DNA of 64,000 nucleotides, from positions 620,001 through 684,000 of the forward strand of contig NW_026262678.1 of the NCBI RefSeq assembly GCF_021869535.1, given 5' to 3'. The DNA comes from Mytilus californianus. Lineage: Eukaryota. This document shows, in pieces, positions 25,751-38,135 of this stretch. Both the position numbers and the translations under genes were made by a program. Every line of letters starts with the position of its first letter. Positions within the stretch are counted from its first letter, which is position 1. The notes beneath the pieces were generated by a model. It did no database searches and was not told where the DNA came from. It was given only the letters and a program-made list of their open reading frames with translations.

Positions 25751-26318
25751 CGATGACTTAACATTAAGGACCTAATTGATACTGCTTTTAAATCTAATAT
25801 CTGTTCCCATATATCTCACATCTCTTTATCAAATTTGTTAACCTGAAACTGGTATTTCAACCTCACACACTCCGTGTCATTTTCAATGATTTAATGCAGA
25901 AAGAAAAAAAACACATTTAAGAGAACAACAGCTAGTGACTTGGTATATCATGTCTGTCTGTCTTTCACTAAAAGCGGATTCTGTAATTGCCTACTTGTTT
26001 CCGATATAATTTGTTGATTGAACTTTGTAGAAGTATTTACTTGATCCTGAAAATCAACATAACATCACGTTTTTTCAATCATTGTCTTCATGCCTAAGAC
26101 AAACTGTTTAATACCAAAGTTTTTTGGAAACCTAACATGCATCGAGATGATTAGAATAAGTTTCACATTTTAGATATAATATTCCTAAAATGAACAGAAG
26201 AAATTGTGGGATAGGTTAAACTATTGAAGCAAAATACAAATTGAGTTAAAAGTTGGTATCGCAACATATATTCAAAAGAGCATGTCTTGGTGTTTTAATA
26301 TTTTTCAACAATATAACC

Positions 26319-26545
26319 TTAAATAATGTCAACTACACCATACACTTCAACTTCAACAAGATGTAAAGGCTTTGGTACGGTATTGACACTCGTTAATTTG
26401 ACCATGTATCCTCTTGGGAATGTGATACAAGGTGTTACCATGACCTGACCTGTCACGCCTGATCCTATAAACTGGCCACATAGTTCCATTTGGGATGTGT
26501 CTAAGCTCTCGCCAACATGAACAAGCATTTTGCTGATTTGGTCAC
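26319..26545 (-). CDS. Exon 4 of the PAN-EGF-like-F-type lectin gene (FTLD C-terminal half)
   Basis: Acceptor ctttattttag|GT, phase 1. GDQISKMLVHVGESLDTSQMELCGQFIGSGVTGQVMVTPCITFPRGYMVKLTSVNTVPKPLHLVEVEVYGVVDII*; C..F.G, G..V.+ and L.L.EVEVY are fucolectin hallmarks. Confidence 0.92.
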
Positions 26546-28457
26546 CTAAAATAAAGAATCATTATTCTTATGAATTTTAAAACATAATCTTTCTATTCCC
26601 TTATATCTCTCATATCTCTACAAAACTATTAACATGACAGTTCAACCTTTCACACTCCGTGTTATTGTCAATGACTAAATGGAAATAGATCAATTAGCAC
26701 ATTAGAGAGGACTACAGCATGTAACTTGGTTGATGGGGTGTGTTTATCATTTAATAAACTGAGAAAACTAAAGACATAATTAGTAAAATTTGTGACAAAA
26801 CAATTTACAAAACACAATATGACAGACGTCAACCAACGACAACCATTGAAGTACATGCCCCTGCATGGGACAGACACATACAGCATGTGGCTTGGTCAAC
26901 ATGTTTTTGAGCACTCAACCCTCCCCTTACCTTGGACGGTATTATAACAGCACAACAACAGTATACAAATCAGTTGAAAAAAGGCTTCACTTATCCGGTC
27001 GATACAAAGACAAAAAAATACATACAAGACGTGGCAGGGTATATATTCATCTCTCATCCCTAAAAACAAAATATACAGATCTGATCTGAGTTCAAAGCCA
27101 GTAACAACCAACTAAACAAATCACGTATCTGAGACTAAAATATCAATCAGTGCACATCCAACATTAGATGGATTTGTTGTAAAGACATCATTAAGAGTCA
27201 GAAAAAAACTTGACCTTGTATGATTGTTAAATGTACATAAATTCAAAGTAAAAACCCGAGGATTGCCACATTGACTTGTACAAATCTATATGATATTTGT
27301 GTATGTGTCGGTGATAAATAAACAATAAATTAGTGCCAACCTTATTTGCAACCTTTTGTTATTTTTGTATTCATACTTATTCATACTTATTTATTTTGTA
27401 TTTACATTGTGTCATAGGTCAAATTTATTTGTTCAGCGTATGTTCAATGGTGTTTATATGTCCTTTGATTGAGTTAAGCTATTTCAGCTGATATTTTATA
27501 GTGTGTCTTTCTATGTTGTGATGTTACACTATTGTTTCAGAAAAAGGGTGAAGGTTTGGTACCATTAAAACGATTAAACCCGCTGCATTCCTTAGCACCT
27601 GTCCTAAGTCAGGAATCTGATGTTCAGTAGTTGTCGTTTGTTGATGTGGTTCATAAGTGTTTCTCGTTTCTCGTATAGATTAGACCGTTGGTTTTCCCGT
27701 TTGAATGGTTTTACACTAGTAATTTTTGGGGCCCTTTATAGCTTACTGTTCGGTGTGAGCCAAGGCTCCGTGTTGAAGACCGTACTGTGACCTATATAGT
27801 TTACTTTTATAAATTTTGACTTGGATGGAGAGTTGTCTCATTGGCACTCATACCACATCTTCTTATATCTATATATCATTATTCGATTTAGGTTTTTACC
27901 TTTCAAACATTGAGTAACAGTAAATGTAGCTATCAAAGTTATTAATAGTTGGCATTATATTTTCTTGTATGTCATTAAACTTTGTACGGTATAGATGACA
28001 ATAACTATAATTAAAGTTAAATTTAGAAAAAAAATCGATTAATATATGGGATGTTGTATTGCTAGTTCTGTGTATTTTATCAGCTTATCTAACAGGAATT
28101 CGGTTCTGACATTTTTAAAGCAAAACATTTACCTTCTCAAAACGTTAATACATTTTGAATTATAAAATATCGAAGGTTACAACTTCCGCTGGCAAATTTT
28201 ACCGACTGAAAATGTGTCTTTTCTTAACAAAGTTCATTTTCAACTTGGTAGTTAGCTCGTTAATATTGAAGAAGATTGAATCCTCTGGTTTTTTTTCTGA
28301 TTTATCAGTTTGATTGTTCTTACTGAAGGTAGGTCACGAAAAGTGCTCCGAATGCGCAGAATGTATGACACATTTATTTGATTTGCGATATATATGATGA
28401 AAAAATACTTATATTAATATTCATACATATATCGTATGTCATAATATTTTTACTTAC

Positions 28458-28679
28458 CACAGCAATCTATCCGATTCGTACTGACCACCTTCTGTACCTC
28501 AAACACCTCTCCGAGATTGACCCACCAGAAAGGTTCGAGTTCGTCATTCGTATGAAACATGTTGTTAGGGGCTTTAATTCCATCAACCCCTGCTCCTGAT
28601 CCACATAGCAATGCGCTTGGGCAGGAATAGTTAGTACTCTGGCCAGTTTGCTTGAACTGAGACACAAGACACCCTACTC
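28458..28679 (-). CDS. Exon 3 of the lectin gene (FTLD N-terminal half)
   Basis: Donor TGTG|gtaagt at 28458/28457. Acceptor gatgtag|GA at 28679, with an in-phase alternative at 28673. ...QSTNY...AGVDG...FHTNDELEPFWWVNLGEVFEVQKVVSTNRIDCCG matches the fucolectin H-x26-R-x-D pattern. Confidence 0.92.
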
Positions 28680-31152
28680 CTACATCAATATTCAATACAT
28701 AAAATTACACTGCGTTTACGAATACTGAAAATCAATTAACTAATTATATTTCGACAGAGATACTTTGTATATTTGACTACTTTCTATCTGAGTACATGTT
28801 GATAAGCTTGCAAGTTTGATGTATATATGTTATATCGATTTCCCAGGACAAAATGCTAGATTGAAAACACTTCAATCAAATTTACTTTCCGTCTAACAAT
28901 AGAAAAGAGCGCAAAATTGTAAACCATATATACGCCTATTGAATTAGATAATGGACTTTCATTGGTATTTATAAATGTATGCAATTATTTAAACATTGAA
29001 AAAGTCGTATATTACTAAATATGTGACATCACCCTTGGCAATGCATGAGTGATGACAACGGAACTGTAGGTGGCACTGTAGATTTTAAATCTTGAATTAG
29101 GTTGCTGTTTTGTCTATCCTTCTAAAGTCAATGTATCTGAACTGTGTGATTGGACGATAATACCTACAGAACATACTTTCCCAAGCTCAGAGATGAATTA
29201 GGTGTAGTCAATTATGAAATAATTTTACAAGCAGATGAAAAATGAATTTTGAGAATTTTTGGGAATTTGGTATTTACTGCATGATAAAACACATAAATGC
29301 ACTAGTGACTTTAAGTTTATAAAGGTATAAAAAAGGTAAACGATCATGAAACATATTCAAACTCATCATCTGAATATCAAAATGAAAGTACTTCAGATAA
29401 CTATGTATGTAGAATTTTAGGCAGTGTTGGATAGTGGCGAAAATTCTTAAAGGTTATCATTATCTGCTATCATATTATCTTTTATATTGTAGTAACGCCT
29501 TCTTTTGGGAGAAGTATATTCCAAAGATTACCAGATATAACAAGTTTGCGAAAATCTCCTTTAGTCTTAATGTGTGAGCTAATAGGAAACGTAATGATTT
29601 ATTCGGACTGTTTTATCTTACGTCATATGCTTTTTATAAATGATTTACCTCACGCCAGATAATTGTCGAATGTGTAAATGGAGTCATTGAACAATGACAT
29701 AAGAAAGTAAGGATTTTACAGGAAAATGCACGCACATGAAAGTCGTCAAATCATGAAAATGTAAACAAACAATGTTAAGAATTTGTTTAATGTCCATATC
29801 TTCTTGAATGAAAAAAAGATCGTCGACTAAATTCATCCAAATCTGTCCTAACATTATTATAGTATATAGTTTAAGAATGTCATTTAATCAATGTTCTTCG
29901 TTTACGTCAATAACAATAGTGCGTTTAATTAAAGGAACAGCACAAGTCCCCTTCGATCTAAAAGCATTGTTTTTTTTTTGTCCTATAAGAAAATATATAA
30001 TTTTGGGGTCTTGAACTTAAATTGATGTTACCACGGGTTTGTCCTGTATGATGTCGGTCGAGGTAAATGATTTAGCATAAAGGGCCAACACGTTACTAAA
30101 TGACGATAAATTCTATTCCCATGATTTATTTTTTAAATATACTAATAATTAAGTCCTATATTGTATATAGTCTGACAATAATTCATTCAAATTAACAAAT
30201 CACATTTAATCATAGTGGGGCTAACATTGCCGCTTTCTGTATGTTGAACATATATTAATGGAAGTAGTGCATTTTTCATATTTTTATATTGTTGATCTTT
30301 TTCCGAACTCATATTGTAGAAAATTAAAATAAAAAAATAGCGAAAAACCGCAATATTAGCAGTTAAGTGTGTATTTTTCCTCTTGATTAGATCCACACTT
30401 CTTTTGAAACTGCCGTTTAAGTCAGGAACCTCTATCCTATGTTAGTCTCGTATTAATTTTAATTTTAGTTTATGTAAATGTTTTGGAGATTAGTATGACG
30501 TTCATTTTTACTGACCTAGTACACGTTTAAGTTAAAGAGCAAGCTGAAGTCTGTCTCCGGATGCGGATTTTCTTGCCATTTTGAAGACGCCTTGGTGGCC
30601 TTCAGGTGTTTTCTGCTCCTTGGTCGGGTTGTTGTCTCTTTGACACACTCCCCGTTTCTATTCTCAATATTATAGTATAATAATGATGAAAAATTTGTAA
30701 AAAAAACTCTCTTATGCCTCAAATTTACTGTGGTTTCGCGTTCTATATATATGTATATTATCTTGAACATCAGAACAATCTCTAGGATTAAAGTCAGAGA
30801 TCACAATTTAGAAAAAAAAACAGTATAATGATGTCTCTCACACTTTTTTTTGTCTTAAATCATGCATGATGAATATTTGTTTATTTAATAGAAACATTGA
30901 TTAAAGTCCCTGTGTTTCATTAGTTTGCCCATTACTTATTTGTTTATAAAAAATTGGTAGTGTAAGAAACCTTATCTGACTAGCAGCAATTAAATGAAAA
31001 CAAAATTACATTATATAGATCAACAATTAACACAAAAATGTTTTAATTCGAGGCTGAACTACCAGATCTTAATCAGGGCAAATACGGTGAATGTTTATCC
31101 CATAATCTGATATATTTGTCTCAGGACGTCGGTGATGTTATAGTTAACTTAC

Positions 31153-31267
31153 GTGTTCCCCTTCCAGCAAAGGCTTCTAGCAATGGAACGCATATGTAAT
31201 TCGGACTTTGTGGAATACATACTTCATTGACCGTGCAGTCATGACCTTTACATGGACCAGCTAGCTC
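31153..31267 (-). CDS. Exon 2 of the lectin gene (four-Cys EGF-like module)
   Basis: Acceptor ttttgttggtcag|GAG (phase 0) and donor ACAC|gtaagt (phase 1). ELAGPCKGHDCTVNEVCIPQSPNYICVPLLEAFAGRGT. Confidence 0.88.
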
Positions 31268-31972
31268 CTGACCAACAAAAAAAAGATAACATGAACGTTT
31301 TTTTTTCATTTTTTGTATTTTCATATTTCCACGAAATCATATAGTTTGCAATGCTAGTGCACTTTATTCTATGAGTTTGATTGTCCATCTGGTATATTTC
31401 GCCCCTCATTTAATGCCTCGGTAATATTATGGTTTTTCGCAGAAATGGTTTGTATGAAGACACACTGCCTATGTTTTTCAGGATACACAGTAAAGTGTAA
31501 TTGGTCAAAAAATAAACGGTATTGTTTTTAAGAGATTTCTTAAAACACATGAACGACAATATGACTTTATTCACATGTATCGTAAAAATGTCCTTTTCTG
31601 GTAAAGTTACACTGATAATATTTATCGTTTCCTTTAAATTTGTTGATTCGACCTTTAAACGATGTAAATAAAACAATATAAACATATAAAAAATTGCTTC
31701 TCATGGAACTAGAAAGTGGCTACATTTTACTTTTTTCAAGTAGCCTGACATAAACCGAATGCATTAATATTGAAACTTGTCTAAGGTGTTAGGACATGAC
31801 CTAAGTTGTAAAAAATCAGTCACACAATAAAGTCAACTAATATCAACATGATCAACAGCGTCCAACCTAATTCAAAATAATCTGGAGTTGTGATGTGTAT
31901 ATTATAATTATAATTAATCAATGTTGATAGTGAGTGAATAGTTGAACGTTGTAGTGTTAAACAACTATTTAC

Positions 31973-32266
31973 CTCTGGAAGAGTCGAGACCGCAACAAAG
32001 CTGTTTCCAACACTTTTGATGAGTCCATCCATATTTCCTTCGGGTTCAGCATAATTTATCTGACAAGTATTTGTCCATTTTTTGAAGTTGATCGATTTGC
32101 ATATTTTAATTCTCGAGCACAGTTGGGCACACAATGACCACATCGGCAAAGATACATCCATTATCACGTGGCAATTATATATTTTGTCTTTTTGGTTTTC
32201 GATAACAATGATTTCACATAATGTCCACACGAAAAGAAATACTATTATAAACGACAAACGAAGCAT
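31973..32266 (-). CDS. First coding exon of the lectin gene (signal peptide and PAN/apple domain)
   Basis: MLRLSFIIVFLFVWTLC is a hydrophobic leader; SLCAQLCSRIKICKSINF...TCQIN is the PAN C-x3-C-x5-C-x-S-x-N-F...C motif. Donor GAG|gtaaat. The four exons total 858 nt, giving 285 aa and a stop with no frameshift. Confidence 0.92.
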
Positions 32267-32384
32267 TGCGTTCCAGGTAATGATGTTACCTTTTTCCCGA
32301 AAAACTGTGTGTTTAAGCTTGGCATGTGTTCTAGAATTCCGCGTGTTCACGTTTTGCTTGTATTCAAGCTTTGTGCTTGTCTAA

Positions 32385-32862
32385 GAGGGACGTTTCTTTT
32401 TCTGTAAAATAACACTATAAAATAAATATGTTGCTTTATTTGGTTATGACACTACTTAATGTTTTAGGTGTCATTGACTCTTATATAGTTGCGGTCAATT
32501 TTATTTGATAAAATGCTGATTAAAGAGTAAATGCTGATAAAACAGAAAAAGCTGATTAAATTTGAATATAAGATGAGGTAAACTTTCAGTATTGTTTAAA
32601 GTCGTTGATGTGGCTTATTATTTTTTTCCATATTTTCAATTGATTTTGATATCTCATTTAGATTAGCATTTAGAGGAAAGTTTCTTTACTGTAAAATAGC
32701 ACGATGAAATAAGTTGCTTTATTTGATCATGACACTAATAAATGTTTTAGGTGTGATTGATTCTTCTTTGATTGCGATCAACTTTATAAGATAAAATGCT
32801 GTATAGAGCAAATGCTGATTAAATCTGAATATAAAATGAAGTAAAATTTCAGTATTGTTTAA
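32385..32862. repeat. Tandem duplication (period about 288 bp) just upstream of the lectin start codon
   Basis: 32385-32600 and 32673-32862 are homologous; the paralogue has a single copy at about 18740-18960. Confidence 0.8.
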
Positions 32863-32906
32863 TATGGAACGCCATGACTGTCGTATACATATACAATATA
32901 CAATAT

Positions 32907-33140
32907 ACATTATGTTCAGTAGTTTTCATATTATGTTCTGTAGTTTTGACATTATGTTCAGTAGTTGTTACATTATATCCGTTGCTTTAATTATTATTTT
33001 CAGTAGTTTCATTATTATATGTAGTGGTGTTTAAATTATGTTCGGTACTTCTGACATTATATTCAGTGCATTTTTCATTATGTTCAGTACTTTCGACATT
33101 ATGTTTAGAAGATTCAATATTATTTGCAGTACATAATGTA
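32907..33140 (+). repeat. Degenerate ~21-bp minisatellite (acattatgttcagtagttttc)
   Basis: Roughly 11 imperfect repeats of attatgttcagtag. Confidence 0.8.
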
Positions 33141-34776
33141 TTACCTTAAGTGGTGCCGGTTTCTTTTTATTCGGTGGATTGTTCAGTAAAAGCATCAGTA
33201 TTATATTCCGTTCAATGAACTATATGTTCAGTGGTTGTATCACGTTTATTTAAGGTACCTTATTTGTGAAATCTGAAACTCCATAATTTCACATCTCTGA
33301 AGTTTTGCACACCTCTTCCAAATTGAATTTCTACTCAAATATAGTCAATGTTCTAAACATGATTTTACAGGAGTACCTGCAAGTCGAAGAAGTTAGGCAT
33401 GGAGTTCCCGAAATTTTGCACATTGGTCCTGAAGACATTGTAAATGTGCACCTCTTGTCCAGGGCAAATTTAAAAATATTCAATACGGATTTTTTTATAT
33501 AAACATATTAATGTTTTCAATAAATAGGTAGCTGTAGATCTTGAAGACCCAGAAAGAAATTCCTCGGACTAATTATGCAAACAGTAAAGGACAATATACT
33601 CAAAGAGTTATTGGCAGAATAATACCTATTTGTTGGGAAAATATTTGGTAAGCGTAATCCGTTAAATCGTTTGTAAAATAAGAAATTATTTGATTTGATT
33701 AGTCCATATATGAATAAATACTACATTTATGCTTTCACCACAAATAGAGCCATTCTAAACAGGATCATATCTTTATAAGATTTTAACTTTAGTAATTATT
33801 TGAAATACATATCGCTGCCATGGACAACCCTTGTTTCTGATTGCAATGGGATAATTTGAATAAAAAATATGTTCTTGAATATTTAGCAACATTCAATAGA
33901 TCTATTAGACAATCAGACACATATTTTACCTAGAACAACCAATTGTATGTATAAGTATGCTGAACTTTTGGTTGGAAAAACATATGAAAACCATGGAAAC
34001 ATTTCTCTGATTGGTTGTTTGACTAAACCACTTACACTTACATGTAAGCAAAGAATTGAAAAGGAATACTGCCACTTTTCCCTGGTTAGATCACCAAAGT
34101 TGGAATTTTAAAAGATTTTAATGAATATATTCGTCAAAATGATGCATTAACAAGTAAATTTAGCACTTTTTATCTAGAATTTCTGAAAATAGAAGTTTTA
34201 ACCCATCAAAGTGGATAATTTGAAGCATTAAAACACTATTCAAATACCAATTAAGTTCATGTTGGTACATTGCGTTTCATTATTAATATTTAATCTTCAA
34301 AAAAGATATTTTAGACAAACTGTTCTGCAATATTTAGAAACATTTGACTTTTCGAAATGTGTCTAATTATGTAATTGATACTAAGTCTGGATAAATGGAC
34401 CACATCCTTCATAGGAATGAATGCGGATTGGTACATGTATTTTTTAATATTTCAGTTTGAATGTAATGACAACAAACTCAGTCATGCATAACATTTTTAT
34501 TCCTTTCAAACTTGTGTTGGTGTTAATCTGTAATTTACCTTTACATGAACAACCCTGGTAAGCACAATCCACTGAAAACCAGACTTTCCTACTCTGTACT
34601 TTTTTGCAAAGTTATAATGTTCTTTTCACTTCAGAATGGAAAACTGCCAACTTTTCTTGAATCTGCTATTGTTGTTGAATTGTTCAACAATACTGACAGT
34701 AACTCAATATGTACTACAAATCTACGACAAGGAAAGGTTGATTTAGGATTTTATACTGTTAGTTGTTATTTGCACT

Positions 34777-35753
34777 TATAGGTTTGCAATTTTGAAAATA
34801 TAGACAATGCAATTTCCCATAGGAACTCCCTTTGCGACTAAAACTGTGACACTTTTACAATAAAGTTTCGTGAAAAATAGTATCCCAGAACGGGAAGTTT
34901 ATATGCACTACTGTTTTATTCAAAGGTCAAAATATAAGGCTGTGCGGCATATTTTCAACATTTATAACTTCTAAGAGTTTAAAAAGTAAAATCACAAAAA
35001 ATACTGAACTCCGAGGAAAATTCAAAAAGAAAGTCCTTAATCAAATAGCAAAATCAAAAGCTCAAACACATCAAACGAATGGATAACAACTGTCATATTC
35101 TTGACTTGGTACAGGCATTTTCTTATGTAGAAAATGGTGGATTGAACCTGGTTTTAAAGCTAGCTAAACCTCTCACTTGTATGACAGTCGCATCAAATTC
35201 CATTATATTGACAACGATGCGTGAACAAAACAAACAGACACAATAGGTAAAAATGTCAAAAATAGGGGTACAGCAGTCAACATTGTGTTATCATCTTAAT
35301 CACTATAAAATCAAATAAATATAACGTAGAAGCACAAAAAGGCATACACCAAATTAAACATCCGCATTTTGCTTTTTTATTATACGGTTTTATTTATCTA
35401 TGTAAAATCCACCCATAAAGGATGGAAGGTTTTAAGTACTGGCGTAAAATCGCGCGTTTGAAATTCGCACAGGTATAAAATAATTTTGTCGTTTAAATTT
35501 AAATTTTAAATTTATACTTAAATTCTACACTACCCTTACCTCAACTTTTGGACCTCCTAAGAATTAAGATTTAGGCGCTACCATGTTTTGTTACAATGGT
35601 TACATTCCCAAGTGATGTCTCTATGAGATGAAACACATAGATCATATCTGGGAACCAGTATGTTAACACATTAAAATATATATATGAATATTATATATCT
35701 CCCCAAAAGATGCGTGGTTTGAGAAACAGCTGTACTTACAAAGTACAACCTAT
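34777..35753 (+). mobile_element. MITE copy interrupted by a ~530-bp insertion of a Penelope-associated repeat
   Basis: 34777-34968 plus 35505-35753 equal the uninterrupted copy at 36894-37344. The insert (about 34970-35500) is homologous to 48655-49000. Confidence 0.75.
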
Positions 35754-36893
35754 TCAAACATTTATTCAAATAGAAAACTTTCTAAAAACACTTTTTCTCA
35801 CAACAATACTTATTTATCAGAATTATAGCTTGAAAGAAATAACTGCATATACTCTAAGTTTCCTTTTATAGTACATTTTATATCCATACCCCTGTTTCAA
35901 TTTTTTAAAGAATTGAAAGCAAGACTTTAATCATTGCCAGCTTACTTTATGTTCATGTTTTCTGACATGTCTAAAACCTGTTTGAAACTATTCTGATAGC
36001 AAATTGAAAGCATGTTAGAATACTATAAATGTAATGTTTAGTAGTTAATCATTCCAACCTTCAAGATTATAAAAAGTATCAAATACTGCCTGTGTCTCCA
36101 GTCCACATCTTACTGTATGCCTATTTGTCAATGAAAATTCACAACTTCTGCTTCAAATGGTCAGTTTAGAATTTGTGTCACAACAGTATCATCCCTAAGC
36201 ATATATATAACATAAGTTAGTAAATATATGAACTAGAAGTGTTTTAACAAAGCCATATTAGTAAAAGTTGTAAGTATGAAGATATCAGTCTGGTGCATAA
36301 ATTCACTAAAAGTTTGATATAAATGACTGCTTACATCTGATTTTTGCATAACTTCCTAGCATAGTTATTATTTTCTTTACAAAAGACCTTTAAGATAATA
36401 AAATCATCGCATTTACAAGTTAAATTATCTGTTTTTTGCCCCTGGGGCCTCAAATTTTTCTCTGTTTCTGGCAATGTGGAATATTTAGTACATATCTAGA
36501 ATAGCACACACTATTGTAAGTTTTATTGAGGTTTTTTTTTTAATTCTAGTTTGTACTTTTTTATGCCGCAGTCACAAAAAAGCACATTAAGGTGTTACGG
36601 CTTACTTTTGGGTTATCGACATGACAAAAACACCCCACCAAAAACATTTAGGAAGGATCAATGAGTTGCAATGACTGCGAAGAGTAAATATAAGCACTTC
36701 TAAACAATTTAAATTACAAGTATGCATATATTATGAATTCATTTTGAATCAGGGAGTGTCATAATAGTTTAGGCTCAGGATTTTCTCCATCTTCATGAAA
36801 TATTTATAAACTTCATATTTGAGTTAAATTCTTCAAAATATCTGAGATAAACAAGATTTTTTGAAATTTTGTATGTTCTATTTTTTAACCCTA

Positions 36894-37344
36894 TATAGGT
36901 TGCAATTCTGTTAATATAGTCAATGCAATTTCCCATATTAACTCCCTTTGCGGCTAAAACTGTGACACTTTAACTATGAAGTTTCGTGAAAAATAATATC
37001 CCAAAACGGAAAGTTTATATGCACTACTATTTTATTTAAAGGTCAAAATATAGGACTGTGCGGCATATTTTCAACATTTATATGCCCTGAACTTGCGTTT
37101 AAATTTATACTAAAATTCTATACTACCCTTACCTCCCTTTTTGGACCTCCAAAGAAATAAAATTTAGGCGCTACCATGTTTTTCTACAATGGTTACATTC
37201 CCTAGTTGTGTCTCTATGAGATGAAACACAGAGATCATATCTGGGAACCAGTATGTTAACAAATTAACATATCTATGAATATTATATATCTCCCCAAAAG
37301 AGGCGCGGTTTGAGAAACAGCTGTATTTACAAAGTACAACCTAT
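36894..37344 (+). mobile_element. ~450-bp MITE with TAGGTTG...CAACCTA termini
   Basis: Short terminal inverted repeats flanked by TA; a second copy lies 2 kb upstream. TAG...CTA ends resemble Academ termini (inference). Confidence 0.65.
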
Positions 37345-38135
37345 AGGTGTACTGTCATATTTCAGAAAATTAATGCAAGTGTTTTCGGATTATGAAAGAA
37401 TTATGATGTATTAAATATGCATTTCATTGATTGAAAACTAACTCCTTTGTTCAGACATTTAGATGCATTTTAAAGATATGAAACATATTTCAGGTTTTTT
37501 TTTAGATTGTCATGCTAACAACATCCCTAATGTGTTTAACTGTTTACTCCAAGGCAGCATAAAAGATGGGAGGTGTCATTTATTTTTTTTTTTTCATTGC
37601 TTTGAATTTGTATACCTCCTTTGAGATAAATAATGAACAATTCTCTTATTTGCATTTAACGTGGACCAGGTCGTATTCGGCAAATTAGAATACTAACTAA
37701 TTATCATGGACGTTTTGGTTAGGGTACGATTGTTAATTTCATAAGGGGAACTTTGGTATAAAGGGTTGAAAAGTCAAAGGTTTTGATTAAATTAATTTCT
37801 GAATGAGATGGAGTTTTAAAATTATTCACCTCAAATAGAAATTCAACAAATAATGTTGAATTTCATCGAAAGCATCGAAAGAAATTATTTTAAAAATAAG
37901 AAAAATATTAAAACTGACAAAACTATATTATGATGTACGTTTTTCACACATTATCTCAAACAGTTGATCGTATTTTACAGGAGTACCTGTTCACTGTCGC
38001 AACAGTGTCATATTTGAGAAATAGATTTTAGTTAACTGAACTGTTCAATATCCTTTGCTTTCATGGCATGTACTAGTGGTCATCGAGATGTTGACATGCA
38101 TGGATAAAAAAATAAGGAACAGAAAGATAAGAAGA

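Noticed and set aside
31820-32350. 176-aa single-exon protein from the ORF track
   Set aside because: The likely start is ATG 32266, conserved in the paralogue and followed by a signal peptide. The exon ends at the donor at 31973, and the rest is UTR or intron.
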